From positions 24,753 to 88,752 of the forward strand of contig NZ_QFWH01000001.1 in the NCBI RefSeq assembly GCF_003149375.1: DNA of 64,000 bases, written 5' to 3'. The translations under genes were made by a program, and so were the position numbers. Below the pieces are notes generated by a model that saw only the letters and a program-made list of their open reading frames with translations, was not told the DNA's origin and did no database searches. This DNA is from Vampirovibrio chlorellavorus. Its GTDB lineage: Bacteria; Cyanobacteriota; Vampirovibrionia; Vampirovibrionales; Vampirovibrionaceae. Below, piece by piece: positions 63,901 through 64,000 of the stretch; positions within the stretch are counted from its first letter, which is position 1, and each line of letters opens with the position of its first letter.

Positions 63901-64000
63901 TTGGGCGGAAGTGAACTGGCCTTGCTGGATCAGTTGAGAGACAGCACCTTGCAGCTGGCGTTTGTGGCCGGAACCGCTCTGCTACTGGGCTGGATACGAC
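63901..64000 (+). CDS. Possible start of a membrane protein gene (runs off right edge)
   Basis: TTG after GAGGG; open frame MGGSELALLDQLRDSTLQLAFVAGTALLLGWIR. Confidence 0.4.
   Translation, partial: MGGSELALLDQLRDSTLQLAFVAGTALLLGWIR

Noticed and set aside
1-64000. tRNA, rRNA, tmRNA, RNase P or SRP genes; HIP1 (GCGATCGC) enrichment
   Set aside because: No hallmark sequences noticed on manual reading; not computationally excluded

Overview
A 64-kb, gene-dense, moderately GC-rich chromosomal window. It is most likely from a motile, non-photosynthetic relative of Cyanobacteria (Melainabacteria, probably Vampirovibrionales). This is inferred from cyanobacteria-type genes (Ycf23/DUF561, Ycf61-like RpoZ, ArgZ-like amidinotransferase) occurring beside a diderm flagellar gene set, with no photosynthesis genes seen. 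Contents: the end of a fliP-fliQ-fliR export operon, class II B12-dependent ribonucleotide reductase, 2-oxoacid:ferredoxin oxidoreductase, a GNAT-nitrilase fusion, a MITE, a MerR-family regulator, an orphan adenine methyltransferase, hemE-hemN-hemH-hemY, lspA/rluD, a slt-flgF-G-A-H-I-J-(M)-N-K-L cluster, a split ArgZ-like locus, queF, a 778-aa acidic disordered protein, gltP, folD, sod, murA, mpg, rplI, trmB, a divergent XRE/Cro-like pair, ridA, uppS, TPR, rpoZ, a GGDEF/HD-GYP protein, kbl-tdh and ychF. The best candidate for an undescribed system is at 9716-10394: a mer-type promoter/operator drives a MerR-family regulator that is translationally coupled to a 40-aa peptide with four C-x-C motifs. 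The peptide is too short for the ORF track and looks like a eukaryote-style Cu(I) metallothionein rather than SmtA/BmtA. No tRNA, rRNA, CRISPR array, integrase or transposase was seen. All functional calls come from reading motifs by eye; no database searches were run.
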